DNA of 60,699 bases, filler included, from Bipalium vagum (Eukaryota), in assembly GCA_037834085.1 (NCBI GenBank). It is 2 parts of 2 records of this genome, joined end to end, with 100 filler letters (N's around TTAATTAATTAA, not from the genome) between each part and the next. Parts side by side here need not be neighbours in the genome. Positions count along the whole stretch, not along the records: positions 1 to 29,553 come from JBBMKC010024631.1; 1 more part is not named here. The stretch is one strand, 5' to 3'. The notes below the pieces were generated by a model. That model was not told the origin of the DNA, made no database searches, and was given only the letters and a program-made list of their open reading frames with translations. The position numbers were made by a program, and so were the translations under genes. Below, piece after piece: positions 14,027-24,811 of this stretch (its first letter is position 1; each line of letters begins with the position of its first letter).

Positions 14027-14435
14027 TTGTAGACAAAGCAAAATTTGATTTTAATAAAATAAATAAATATTTAGGCCAGGACCTTAGGATCATCTAATTT
14101 TTTACTTTCCAATTTCTTTTTCTGTTTTTGTTTTTGTTTTTAACTCACACGGTAAGTAGGGCGGTGAGTGAAATTGTTTTTCATATCCGAGGACCTCTGA
14201 GCCTAAGAGCGAGAGGACTGTTTAATCCCAATCTAAAAATTAACCCTAAAATAGTAAATCACATTAAAATCCATCAACTTGATAAAACTTGAAGTCGATT
14301 TAGTCATTTTTATTCCATTTAAACCTTATTATTATTTTAAACCTTTTTACAACAATAATATAAAGCAACCTTCGCTGTATAGACCTAATAAACATTATTT
14401 TAAGCTTCACCTCCCATAACTATTAGGATCTTAAC
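14027..14435. repeat. LTR-like repeat, copy 2
   Basis: Diverged direct copy of 8880-9301 with the same TTAGGATCTTAACA end. Left boundary approximate. Confidence 0.55.
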
Positions 14436-14459
14436 AGAATTAAAAAACTACAAGGAAAA

Positions 14460-14890
14460 CAAAATGACGATATCCTCACCAGTTGTGACGACGATAGGTC
14501 CAATCCGGTTCGCTCAGATAAAAGCATATCGAGATGGATTGTTGTCTGTTCATAAATGAAATGTTGTTATGTTTATGCTTTTTAATATATCCATTACCCT
14601 TGAATTTATATTTCTTTTACTTTTCCAAACTATAAAAATAAATTGTACGAATCAATTATACACACCCCAGTTGAAATTTCGATAAGTTGGTTGATGACAT
14701 CAGAAAATAATGAGAGATGAAGTGAATTAAATTTTTCGCAGAATCTACACCAAGATATTTTTTAAAACTGATTTATGAAAACTATCAATTAGTAGATTCT
14801 ACTCTTAACAAACGGAGACTGTGAGATTTACACATTTTAAAGATTGGAATTTCATGAAATTCCATAATCTATCCAATATTGTTACAATAG
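14460..14890 (-). pseudogene. Possible Ty3/Gypsy RT-RNase H remnant
   Basis: Degenerate motifs LGVDS and TFHL*TDNNPSRYAF resemble LxVDAS and FxLxTDHKPLxYAF. Heavily decayed. Confidence 0.3.
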
Positions 14891-16421
14891 GTGATATATT
14901 ATTTATTTCTTAAAAGAAAGTTAGAAACATCTAAGATTTTTATTTATTAATTATTATATTTTTATAAGTTATTGTTTGATTTGAAATGATCCCACATGAT
15001 TGATCTCCACTTTGTTTTCCTCGCTGATAGTATCCTCATGTTAGTCTGGTCTTGATGAGTTCTTGAAGAAAACAGATAACAAAAACAAAAACAGAGGAGA
15101 ACAATCAAATATGTGAAGTTATTCGAATTCAGTCAAATTGAAGAAGGAAATAAATTTTATGTTTATTAATGTCAAACTTAAAGAAAACGTAAATAAATCA
15201 TTTCAGAAAAAAAACTTTAGAATTTAACTTATAACCAGTGCAATTCATGAAACCATAAATTCATAATTCTTATGGAATACCAATCCGAGAATTAACCTAA
15301 ATTATTTTAAAAAAATTATTAAGATAGTTTTTACAAAATAGAACCTCCTGTTATCATTAATAATTTGGACATTTATATATTTTAGTTTTATTTATGTTTT
15401 GCAACATTACATTTTTCTTATAAAATCTTAACACTTGAATTAATTGAGTTAACAGTTAAAAATAATAAAAATTAATTAAATTTAAATAATCGGTAGAAAT
15501 AAAACCATTGGTTAAATATGTCAAAATAATAATGGAATCAGTATAAGAATAATGTCCATAGTTCTTAATCAAAATGATAATTTATATTTTTCCTGAATAT
15601 TTTGTTAACATTAATAAATGTATCGTTTGCCCTATTAAAGTAATAATACGGGAATTTTGAAATATATTATTTTAACAATGACATAAATGTGACGATTCCG
15701 CAAACATTTTCTGCGAAATTAGACAGAATCATTTGTGGGTGCAGATATACTTCATTTTCTAAATCCATTTTTGGAATTTTTAAGAACTGCAATTAATGAT
15801 GGATTAAGTTTTGTAATTTTGAAAACATTTTCTTCAATAAATCATTTTCGATACAGAGAATCGTAGGCTTTTAATTCTTCACTTAGAAATCTAGTGATCA
15901 GTAATATAAATAATTTTTAATCTAGCAGAAAAGTACAAGAAAGAGAAAAACATTAAAAAAAATCATTCTACTGCATTACATGTTCAAACTTTCGCAATAC
16001 ATTTTAAATTAAGTATTTTTTTCTTCGTTAATTTTTGTCGAACCCAGCTTCGAGTAGTTAATTTTTTAGAAGAATTTGCTCGAAAAATCACCACAGCTAA
16101 AAAAATAATTGTAGGGAATAAGGAAGATATTCAACGTAATCCTATTCAAGGCATGAAGAGAGAAACATCATTCATTCTGTTATTCATTAAAGCCAAAGAA
16201 ATCTTTTATTAATTAATCGAAAGATGTGATTCAAACTTCATTCGATTATTATCTTCACTTTAATAAATAAATAACAGTAAATTAACTGGTAACATATTGT
16301 CTGTAGGTGATCAGACATAAAAAATGACTATAAAAACAATAACAATTAAAACAATATGTCGATGATGAATTAGTTGTCTATTTAACTAATTAATGAATTT
16401 GAATAAGTGCTAGTCATAGAT

Positions 16422-16711
16422 CATTGTTTCTCAACCCCGGGGTGGGCATACATTGTTAAAGGGGTTGTCGAATTATGGTAGGCTTATAAATCATTAAATG
16501 TGAAAAATCGTGTTTTACAATTACCTTAACTACTACAGTTAAGTATTATATAGATAATTTTATTATCTGATAATCTTATTACTATAGGTTGGTTTTATTT
16601 TTTTTATTATATATGGTGAGTTTTTATTAGTAATATTGATTTTCTTTGGTATCGCCAAGATCTTAAAAATGGGAAAATGGGTCGTCATAGAAAAAAGTTT
16701 GAGAACCACTG
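16422..16711. mobile_element. hAT (Charlie/Buster-like) non-autonomous MITE
   Basis: Termini CATTGTTTCTCAAC...GTTTGAGAACCACTG. Both flanking 8-mers have a central TA (TCATAGAT, TACTACAA) but do not otherwise match. Confidence 0.65.
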
Positions 16712-18489
16712 TACTACAACGTGAAATCAAATCACTACTTTTTGTTCTTTTCATTTTCATTGTTTTTTTTTCATTTAGGTAGAACGAAAAACCGATTTTT
16801 TACTGCGAGCCTTTGAGTCTAAAAATTGTGAATTACCTGTAACTCGAGCAAGAATCTGATGGTTAAAGGAAATGGAAAATAATATAAATTCCAACAGCGT
16901 CAGATTGAAGGAAGAAATTTATTAAACATGTATTCATTGACGGACACTATGGAACAACGAGACTTGTTAGAATGGTGAGGGTCGCACTTATAAAAATTTA
17001 AAAATTAAATAGTCTAAATTTTAAATAAATTTTAAAATAGAAATCTGACATTGAGATAAAATTTATTGAATTTTATAAAAATATTTTGGTGAATTTAAAA
17101 TATTTCTTTATAAAAAAAAACTAAAAACTGTTAAAGTATCTTTTACGTATTCAGCAAGACAGTTAGAGATTTTCGAAAATATTATAAAAACTTTCTAAGA
17201 TTATTTAGTGATCTACAAATTATTATTTTTATTATTATGTAGATAAAAAGTTTTAGTTAACAGAATCTTAGTCTCACATTTGGCTCCTGTTTAAATGATA
17301 GAAGTTTTAATCTTAAGAAATTGAAGCTACATTTACAAAAGTTTACTTCAATTCCACAAGGGATACCAATAATATTATGAACTATATATTAAGTTTTAAT
17401 CCGTTTTGTCAATATAATTGGTTGGTTTTGTGTCGGTTAAAATTTAGAAGTCCCCAATATTTAGCTGATACTATATAAAAATTTAGGACTGTCTATTATA
17501 TTTTTTAAAATTATCAGATTTCCGTCAACTTGATTGCACACCAGGGTTTAGTAAATAGCTGGATAATTAAGGAAAATAGAAGGAAAACTGACACTCACAT
17601 AATAAATGATCTCGATCAATTAGACTGAATTAATTCTTTGTTTTAACTGTAATGGGAGAAAGGCCGAAATTATATCAATTAAGACTTCAATTTATATATA
17701 CGATAGTTTAATATAAGATATTATAAATTTTTCATTGAAAAATAATGAAAATTCTAAAAATTAAAATGTAATTGTTTTGTGGTTCACTTAAAGGAAGAAA
17801 TTTAAAAATTAATTTTGATTAAAAAAATCAATTCACTTGTTGGTGTTAAAAGGTCGAGTACAGGACAACTGATGAATCAATCTATGAATCAATTTGAACT
17901 GTTGTTACTTTTGGTCTTGCACATCGTTGCTTGAACTTGAATCATTTATCCAAGTCATTTCGTTGAATTGAACGTCGAACAGGTCCCCTTGAAACATTCA
18001 TTCTCGTCGTTATTTGTCTCTGGGAATAACCTTCGTCGCGCAAAATCAAAATTTGAGCCCTTTTTTCATTCAAATAAGTCACTAATTCATGTTTCATTTT
18101 TATTACATCTTATGTACACTTCATTTTCATTCGACAAAAAATGGAAAAACCTATTAATTTAAACAAGTTACTTATTTTTTATAGATTTATTAACTTTTCA
18201 ATTTCATCCTCACACAAAGTGTACTACTTAGGGTATCCCCATTTTTCCTCACTCACTCATACGCGTGTCTCCCGGCACACATTCTCGTTCGTTCGTCAAA
18301 CACGTGTTTACCAAAGTAGTACTTTGTCGTATAAAAATAAAATATTTTTTTCTTAAAAAAATAGCTAAAAAAATCAATAAAAAATAACTAAAAAAATTAC
18401 TAAAAAATCAAAAAATTTAAAACTGGAAAAAGCAAATTTTCTTTTATTTGTCTACTCGAAACACTTCAAATTTACTCATCAATCTTAAT

Positions 18490-19530
18490 GAATGACAAGC
18501 AATAAAAAATATTTTACCTTTTGAAGAATGTTCTTTTCCTGACGATTTTTTTCCTGATAATTATAATCTAAAATTTCTAAATTTTGAAGGTAATAAAATA
18601 ACTTATTTAAATTCTCATTATTATAAAAAACAATTCGGAACAGTTTATCAATTTAAAATTTCTCCGAACTATTACTAATTGTTTAAATCTTATTTTAGAA
18701 ATCATTACAAATAATAATAATTATTATAATGTTAAACTGGCATCTTTACATCCTTTAATCTATTCAGGACATAGTTGTTTTCCTTAATGTAAAAAAGGAG
18801 AAGTAGTAAATCAATTATTTACAAGATTAGAAAACATTTTACAATCAGAACAAACAATAAATATTAAAGATGTAATTTTTGAATCTTTAACTATACCAAT
18901 ACCAGTCGGAAAAGGAAGAAACAATGTTAATAATAGTGGAAATAATTCTAAAAATTTAATATTACAAAATTTTGCACAGACTTCTATTAACATAATTAGA
19001 AATAATGATAAAATCTGTTTAGCAAAATCAATAATAACTTCTTTAACTTATGATAACTTTACAAACAAAAACTTTTTTAAATTTGGAGAAAGTGATTATA
19101 GAATTAGATATATTAGAAGACGTGATCCAATGGAAGAAGAATGGGCGATAAAATTACATCATATGTCACTAGTAGAAATTAAAGAAACTGGAAATAATAT
19201 TGACGATTTAAAACAAATTGAATTTTTTACAAGTATGAATTATCGTTTATTTTAGTTTAGTTTTTTATAATAATCAAGCTGATTCTATTTTATATAGACG
19301 AAATGAACAATTTGAAATCAAAATTTTATTTATTATGATCAAGAAAATCATCATTTTATTTCAATTACAAAAATACCAGCTTTTTTACAATCATTAAAAT
19401 ATTGTAATAAATAGCATAATAATAAATAAATAATAATAATAATAAAATAATAAATAATAATAAAATTTAAAAATCAGCATACATGTAAAATAGATAATAG
19501 TAAATCTCATAGATATAAAAAAGTTTGTGA
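18490..19530 (+). pseudogene. Polinton pPolB N-terminal region (truncated, no polymerase core)
   Basis: Translation LENILQSEQ...IPIPVGKGR...IIRNNDKICLAKSII...AIKLHH...DDLKQIE...HHFISITKIPAFL...KYC matches the LQS / P.G.GR / I.N.D.LCLARAI / A..LH / HY..I...YC pattern. Confidence 0.75.
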
Positions 19531-19959
19531 TATTAGTGTTGAGATTCGACTCCCATCTTTAAAATCTTCTGTAATTAAAATTTTGGCAAAAAATAAAGAC
19601 TAAATAAGTGTTGGGTAATTTAAATCATATAATTTAATTATTAATTTAAATTAATTAACTAAATTTTAAAAAAATTGAATTTTAAATATTATTTTAGGAG
19701 CAACTACTGATTTTTACTCAGTAGCATGTCACCCTATAATTCCTAAATTAAATTTTTTAGAAAATTTTAGTAATTTAATCTATTTTAGAAATAATTAAAT
19801 ATACTATAATAAATTGTTTCTGGATCTAAACTTGCTTCATCATAATCTGTTTTCTCATATGCTATTTTTCGATGATAGTAATTTTTATCGTAATTCAATA
19901 CGTCCATTTTTTTAAGAAAAATTTTTTTTTTAAAAATCTGAAGGTCCTATTTTTTAGTT

Positions 19960-20629
19960 TCTAAATTTATAAAAAAATAATTATATATTTTATTCAGGTG
20001 AAAATTAAATAAATAATCAAACTCTTCTTTTTCAATAAAATGTGATAATAATTTCGTAAAAATTTGAGATTTATCATTTTGAGAAATTTCAAATAAAATT
20101 TAGACATTTGTAATATTTCTTATTGATCTTAATGGTAAATCAAAAAATTATTGAGATAAATATATTACTGAACATTTATTATTTCTTAATCTAGTAAAAT
20201 ACATTTGCATCATTTATTGCATCATCAAAAATAAATATTTTTTTTAGTTTTATCCAATTTATCTGGAGGTTGAATTTCATTATCTTTATCAGATAATATT
20301 ACTTTAATTTCTCGGACATTATAAGTGTAATCGTTTTCATCAAATTTATATTTTTTTTTCATTTATAAACATTTGACAAACTTCTTATTTGACAAACTTC
20401 TTATTTGACAAACTTATAATCCATAATCAAAACAATCTTTAATATATTTTAAGGCTGGTTGAAGAAAAGCAGTTTTAGAAAAATAATCAAATTGTTATAA
20501 GTATAATAACATTGTTTTACCAGATTCAAAAAGACCAATAATTAACATTATAAAAATTTATGGTAAATTAGATTTATTTTTAATTATTACAGAATTATTA
20601 TTTAAAACATCACCACAGTAGAACTCCAT
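19960..20629 (-). pseudogene. A32/FtsK-like DNA packaging ATPase
   Basis: AAAAAATG start. MLIIGLFESGKT (degenerate Walker A), IFDD (Walker B), YFTRLRNNKCSVIYLSQ*FFDLPLRSIRN. Contains stops and frameshifts. Confidence 0.85.
20371..20415. repeat. 16-bp tandem repeat (ATTTGACAAACTTCTT, ~2.8 copies) inside the ATPase relic
   Basis: Seen directly in the sequence. Confidence 0.9.
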
Positions 20630-20652
20630 TTTTTGAAAAAAAAAAGGAAAAT

Positions 20653-21270
20653 TTACACCTTCTTTAAATGAATTCTAAAAGTAATATATTCTCCATTAAA
20701 ATTTATTAACTCATCATTATCATCTACAATTCTAAAATTTATTTCATCAATCATCCTTACAATTACGGAATAATAAATTGAAAAATTTGGTCTTTCCATA
20801 AATTTATATCCTCTTCTAACAGTGTTTGCTGGGAAATCAAAAATTATATTTGTTTTTACCATTAAAAATAATCCATTTACAACATTACAATCTATCATAA
20901 TATTATTGATTTCTGAAATATTAATTATTTTTAGAATAATGCATTCCTTCAGTATCCATCTTAATTTTAAACCCTAAAAATAAGCTAGTGAATTATTTTG
21001 AGGAAAATTAACTTCACATCCTTTTGCTATTTCCATTATACAATTTCCTGAAACAGAATTAGGTTTAATTTTTATGTAATTTCTTTATCAATGGTTTACC
21101 ATTTGGACCTACAGTCACTCCTAAAGGTTTTAAAGGTTTATGATATTTTAATTAATTTTCTATGACTTTTGATATTTCTTCAATTTCATAAGCACCCGGG
21201 GTTAATCTGATATTTTTTGTAACGGGTAAATATTAACTATTTATTACTGTTATGTTAATGTTTTGGTTTA
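20653..21270 (-). pseudogene. Minor capsid protein (penton) of Polinton/adintovirus type
   Basis: LTPGAYEIEEI, NSLAYF(L)GFK, then ORF 20653-20898 IDCNVVNG...RGYKFMERP..IYY...IVDDNDELINFNGEYITFRIHLKK, typical of Polinton single jelly-roll mCP. Confidence 0.8.
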
Positions 21271-21895
21271 TAAATTTTATAACATTTTCCTTCTCTTTTT
21301 ATTGCATTAAGTTTGTCTATTTGGTTTTTAATATCTTTAACATAATTTGATGTCATACTTGATTTTCCACTTTTGATTATTTCTATATAATTCTTCATTT
21401 CTTTTTGATTATTCTCTGAACAATATTTTCCTTCTATTAATTTTTTAAAATATTCTGTTAACTCATATTCTTTTCTAGTTATTTCATTTCTTAAAAACGT
21501 ATTTTTACTTCTTTTATAAACTAAAAATATTCCATCATTTATTGTTAAGAAATTGTTATTAAAAATTGGTTTTATAGTTCTTGTTAAAGTTTCTGCATTT
21601 ATATCCCATTGAATGTTTACAGGTTGTATTGAATTATCAGGGAGATCATTTTTAATTTCATTATTTTCAGAAAAAATTAATTTTTTAGTTTTGTTTTCAT
21701 CATTTTTTATTTCTTTATGTTTATTCTCCAATACATCAGTTACTGGTTTATGAAAAATTTTTAAATCTCGTTGTATTTCATTTTGTAACTCCCATTGATT
21801 TATATTTTATTATTATATTCTTTTTCTACTCTATTAATTTTTTTTAATATTTCAATTTCATTTTTACTATCAATTAAATTTTGTTTTGGATTCAT
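21255..21895 (-). pseudogene. Polinton hypothetical gene upstream of penton
   Basis: 158-aa ORF preceded in frame by KIFHKPVTDV, within the co-oriented viral gene block. Function unknown. Confidence 0.5.
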
Positions 21896-22599
21896 TTCTA
21901 TTTTTTGAAATAAAAATAATTATAAAATCTTACTATACAAAAAATTGAAGAAAAATTGTCAACAATAAATATTTTAAAATTCATAAATATCTTGAAAGGA
22001 GTTAATTTCAATATTTTTTAAGATAGGACAAAGTTCTAACAAATATAAAATTTTAATTAATTCAATTTTTTTTTTAAAGATTTCACTCTATTTTTTTAAA
22101 CAAAATTTAATATATTTTTCTATTAATATTTTTTAGTGTTTCTAGATACTCTTTTTTCAATTTTCAGATTCATTTTTTGCTTCATTATTTATTTTTTCAA
22201 CAATTTTATTTTACATAATTTTTAAAATATCTTCTTTATATTCATTAATAATTTTTTTGCTTGTTCAATTTCTTCGTTAGTTAAAATTTTATCATCTATT
22301 TTTTATATTTTAATTTTAATTTTTTATAATGTGTTAATAAGTCTTCTAAAACTTTTTTTCATTCATAAAATTTTCAATTTTTAATTTTTCTAATTGATCT
22401 ATTAAAGGATTTGAAAATTTAACAGATTCAAAATTTTCATCTTCATAAAAAAATTTATTTTCTAAGTTTGATACATTTTTTCAAAAGGTGCACTTGCATC
22501 AATTTCCAATTTTTTAAATTAAAAATTTAAAATTAAAATTAACATGATATAAAATTGAGACGAAGTCTCAGAACGCTACATTATAGCGTATATTTGGAT

Positions 22600-23000
22600 A
22601 AAACTTTTTCATAAAAATTGCATTCTCTTCCATATTTTAATTTTTATATTTAATTCACTTAAATCATTTTAATTTTTTAATATTAATTGTTTTATCATTT
22701 ACATTAATTATTTTTCCACTCCTTATTATATTTAATTTATCATCTATATATTTTTTTATTTACTACATCATTATCTTCAGTAAGATTTGGAATATTTATT
22801 ATTTTATTATTCATATTTAAAATTCCTTTCATTGAATCTCCAATAACATTTAAAAATTTATTTTCACTTTAATTTCTAATAAAATAAACTTCTTCTTTTA
22901 TTTCATTTTCTTCATGTTCATCTGCATCATAATGATTTAGAACTTTGATATAAATATATTCTCCATTTTCAGCAATATTAACAAAAACTTTATCACCCAT
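22600..23000 (-). pseudogene. Fibre/tail-fibre-like repeat protein
   Basis: FLNVIGDSMKGILNMNNKIINIPNLTEDNDVVNKKYIDDKL matches the GxMxGxLxM...IxNL......DAxNKxYVD stalk repeat. Confidence 0.6.
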
Positions 23001-23057
23001 ATTTTTATTTTTAATTTTAACTTTTCAAAAATAACATATTCCAAATCTTCTAAAATT

Positions 23058-23345
23058 TTACTCGAATGTTTTTCCAATTAAAAGTTTCCATAAAACATAT
23101 AATGATAATTGTCCACAATACTCTAAATCTGCTTCAGATTGAAAATACAATTTTTTGTTCTCTTTTACATGTTCTTTTAAATTCTCAAGCGGTGGTAAAC
23201 CATAGGAATCAAAGTAAAATTTTTTGTAATATCTTACCCAATGAATTTCTTTTTTATTTGTATTTTGATAATTAATAATTAATGGAATTTCTGATTTAAC
23301 TCTTTTTTCGGCTACTTCATCTTCCATTAAAACTTTTAAGAGCAT
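23058..23345 (-). pseudogene. Adenain-like (clan CE) capsid maturation cysteine protease
   Basis: IINY....EIHWVRY..FYFDSYGLPP...FQ......CGQLSLYVL has catalytic H, D, Q and C in the expected order. Confidence 0.85.
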
Positions 23346-23449
23346 TTCTAATTCTTCAGCAGTATCAATTAAACAAAATTTGTTGTTGAATTAATTCTAT
23401 ATTTACACAAAAACTCTAGTAATGTATTTGTTTAACAATATTAAATCGA

Positions 23450-24269
23450 GAAATTTTATAAAAAATAAAAACAAAAGTTAATCTTCAGCCTCTAGTAAAA
23501 TAACCAAAATTTCAAAAGTTGTAAAATCCATATTTTTTATAATACCATCTCTCACAAGATTTACAATCGCATCCATCCATTTTTTGTTTTTTATTTTTTC
23601 TAGATTTTTTTATGTTCGAAAATATTTCTAATTATTTTTCTTATAAGGATCAGTATATAAACCATAAATTTTGAGTTAGGAAAACGAGTCTTTGGCTCTA
23701 GCACCTTTGGTATGCTTATTTACTTATCTCGTAAGGGTTAAAAAATAGTCCAGATCCTTGTTTAATAATTTTGATTTTATTTTTACAAAGTTTTTGTAAT
23801 AATTCCTTTAATTCTATTCTTTCTCATTTCTCTAATTTTTTATATACAGAAGAATTTAAAATTGTGTAATTTAATCCTTTTCCAAAATATGGATAATAAT
23901 ACAATCCAGCTTCCGTTGTTTCAGATATTTTGGGTTTCAATTTTTCAACTTCCATTTGTAGTTTCTTATTCTCTAAATCTATCTTTTTTTCTCTGTATCA
24001 TTTTGTGCTGCTTCTTTTGCTTCCTGAAGAGTTGTTGCAACTCCTCTTGCACCTCCACATGCTGCTCCTAAACCTGCGAATATTGCACTAAGAATTGGAA
24101 TCAATGGAAGTACACCGCCTTGTTTTTGTTCCTCAGTTTCTTCATCTTTATCTTTAATTTGATTAATTATATTTTTGGAGAGGTAATATTTTTCACCATT
24201 GAAAGTTATTTATTTTGATTTACCTATTTAGATTTTATTTTGAATTTTTGTTTCTGTAATTTCTGACAT
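23450..24269 (-). pseudogene. pX/mu-like core precursor protein with GG and GxG cleavage-type motifs
   Basis: KQGGVLPLIPILSAIFAGLGAACGGARGVA (~24035-24126) resembles adenoviral pX (GGILPLLIPLIAAAIGA). Followed by AGLYYYP, GSGLFFNPY and GLYTDPY motifs. Confidence 0.7.
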
Positions 24270-24313
24270 CTATTTGTTTTTAATTAAAATTGATTTTTAA
24301 AAAATTTTTAATA

Positions 24314-24510
24314 TTGGGATATTTTTCCCATACCGGGATATTTTTCCCATATTAGGATATTTCTCTAATTTTCTGATATTCTCCTATACATTTTTATTTT
24401 TGTTATGTTACACTATCAAATGTTTTAACAATACTTTTTATATTTCGAATAATACGGTGTTGCCCTACTATTTTAGCGATCTATTTTCGAATGATACGGT
24501 GCCCCTTACT
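24314..24510. repeat. Short tandem and palindromic repeats in Polinton intergenic region
   Basis: GGGATATTTTTCCCATA twice plus a degenerate third copy; TTTCGAAT.ATACGGTG..CCCT.ACT twice. Confidence 0.75.
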
Positions 24511-24811
24511 TTTTTATTTATAGAAATGATTTTAATTTTTTAGAAGCAAGAATGCCATTCTTGTTGCTGAGCAATCAAATTTACTAATTTATTAATTTAT
24601 AATATTTTTAATTTAATTTAATTTATTATTTTTTTATTAATTTAAAATTTTAAGACAATGTGTATTTTCTTAAATATTTTAAAGATTTATTTTACGAAAT
24701 AAGTTTATAAGTTTTGTACAAGAATATTTTTGGATCTGCATGGATCTTAGACTTTTCCTCCTGATCATCGGCGTTGCGCGAATGTACTCCTGTTTGGTCG
24801 TGCTCCGGGTG

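Noticed and set aside
24742-24749. CTAAGATC (minus strand) matches U2 snRNA near the Utopia target region
   Set aside because: Only 8 bp, on the 3' side of the element, with no further U2 sequence at either junction; likely chance.
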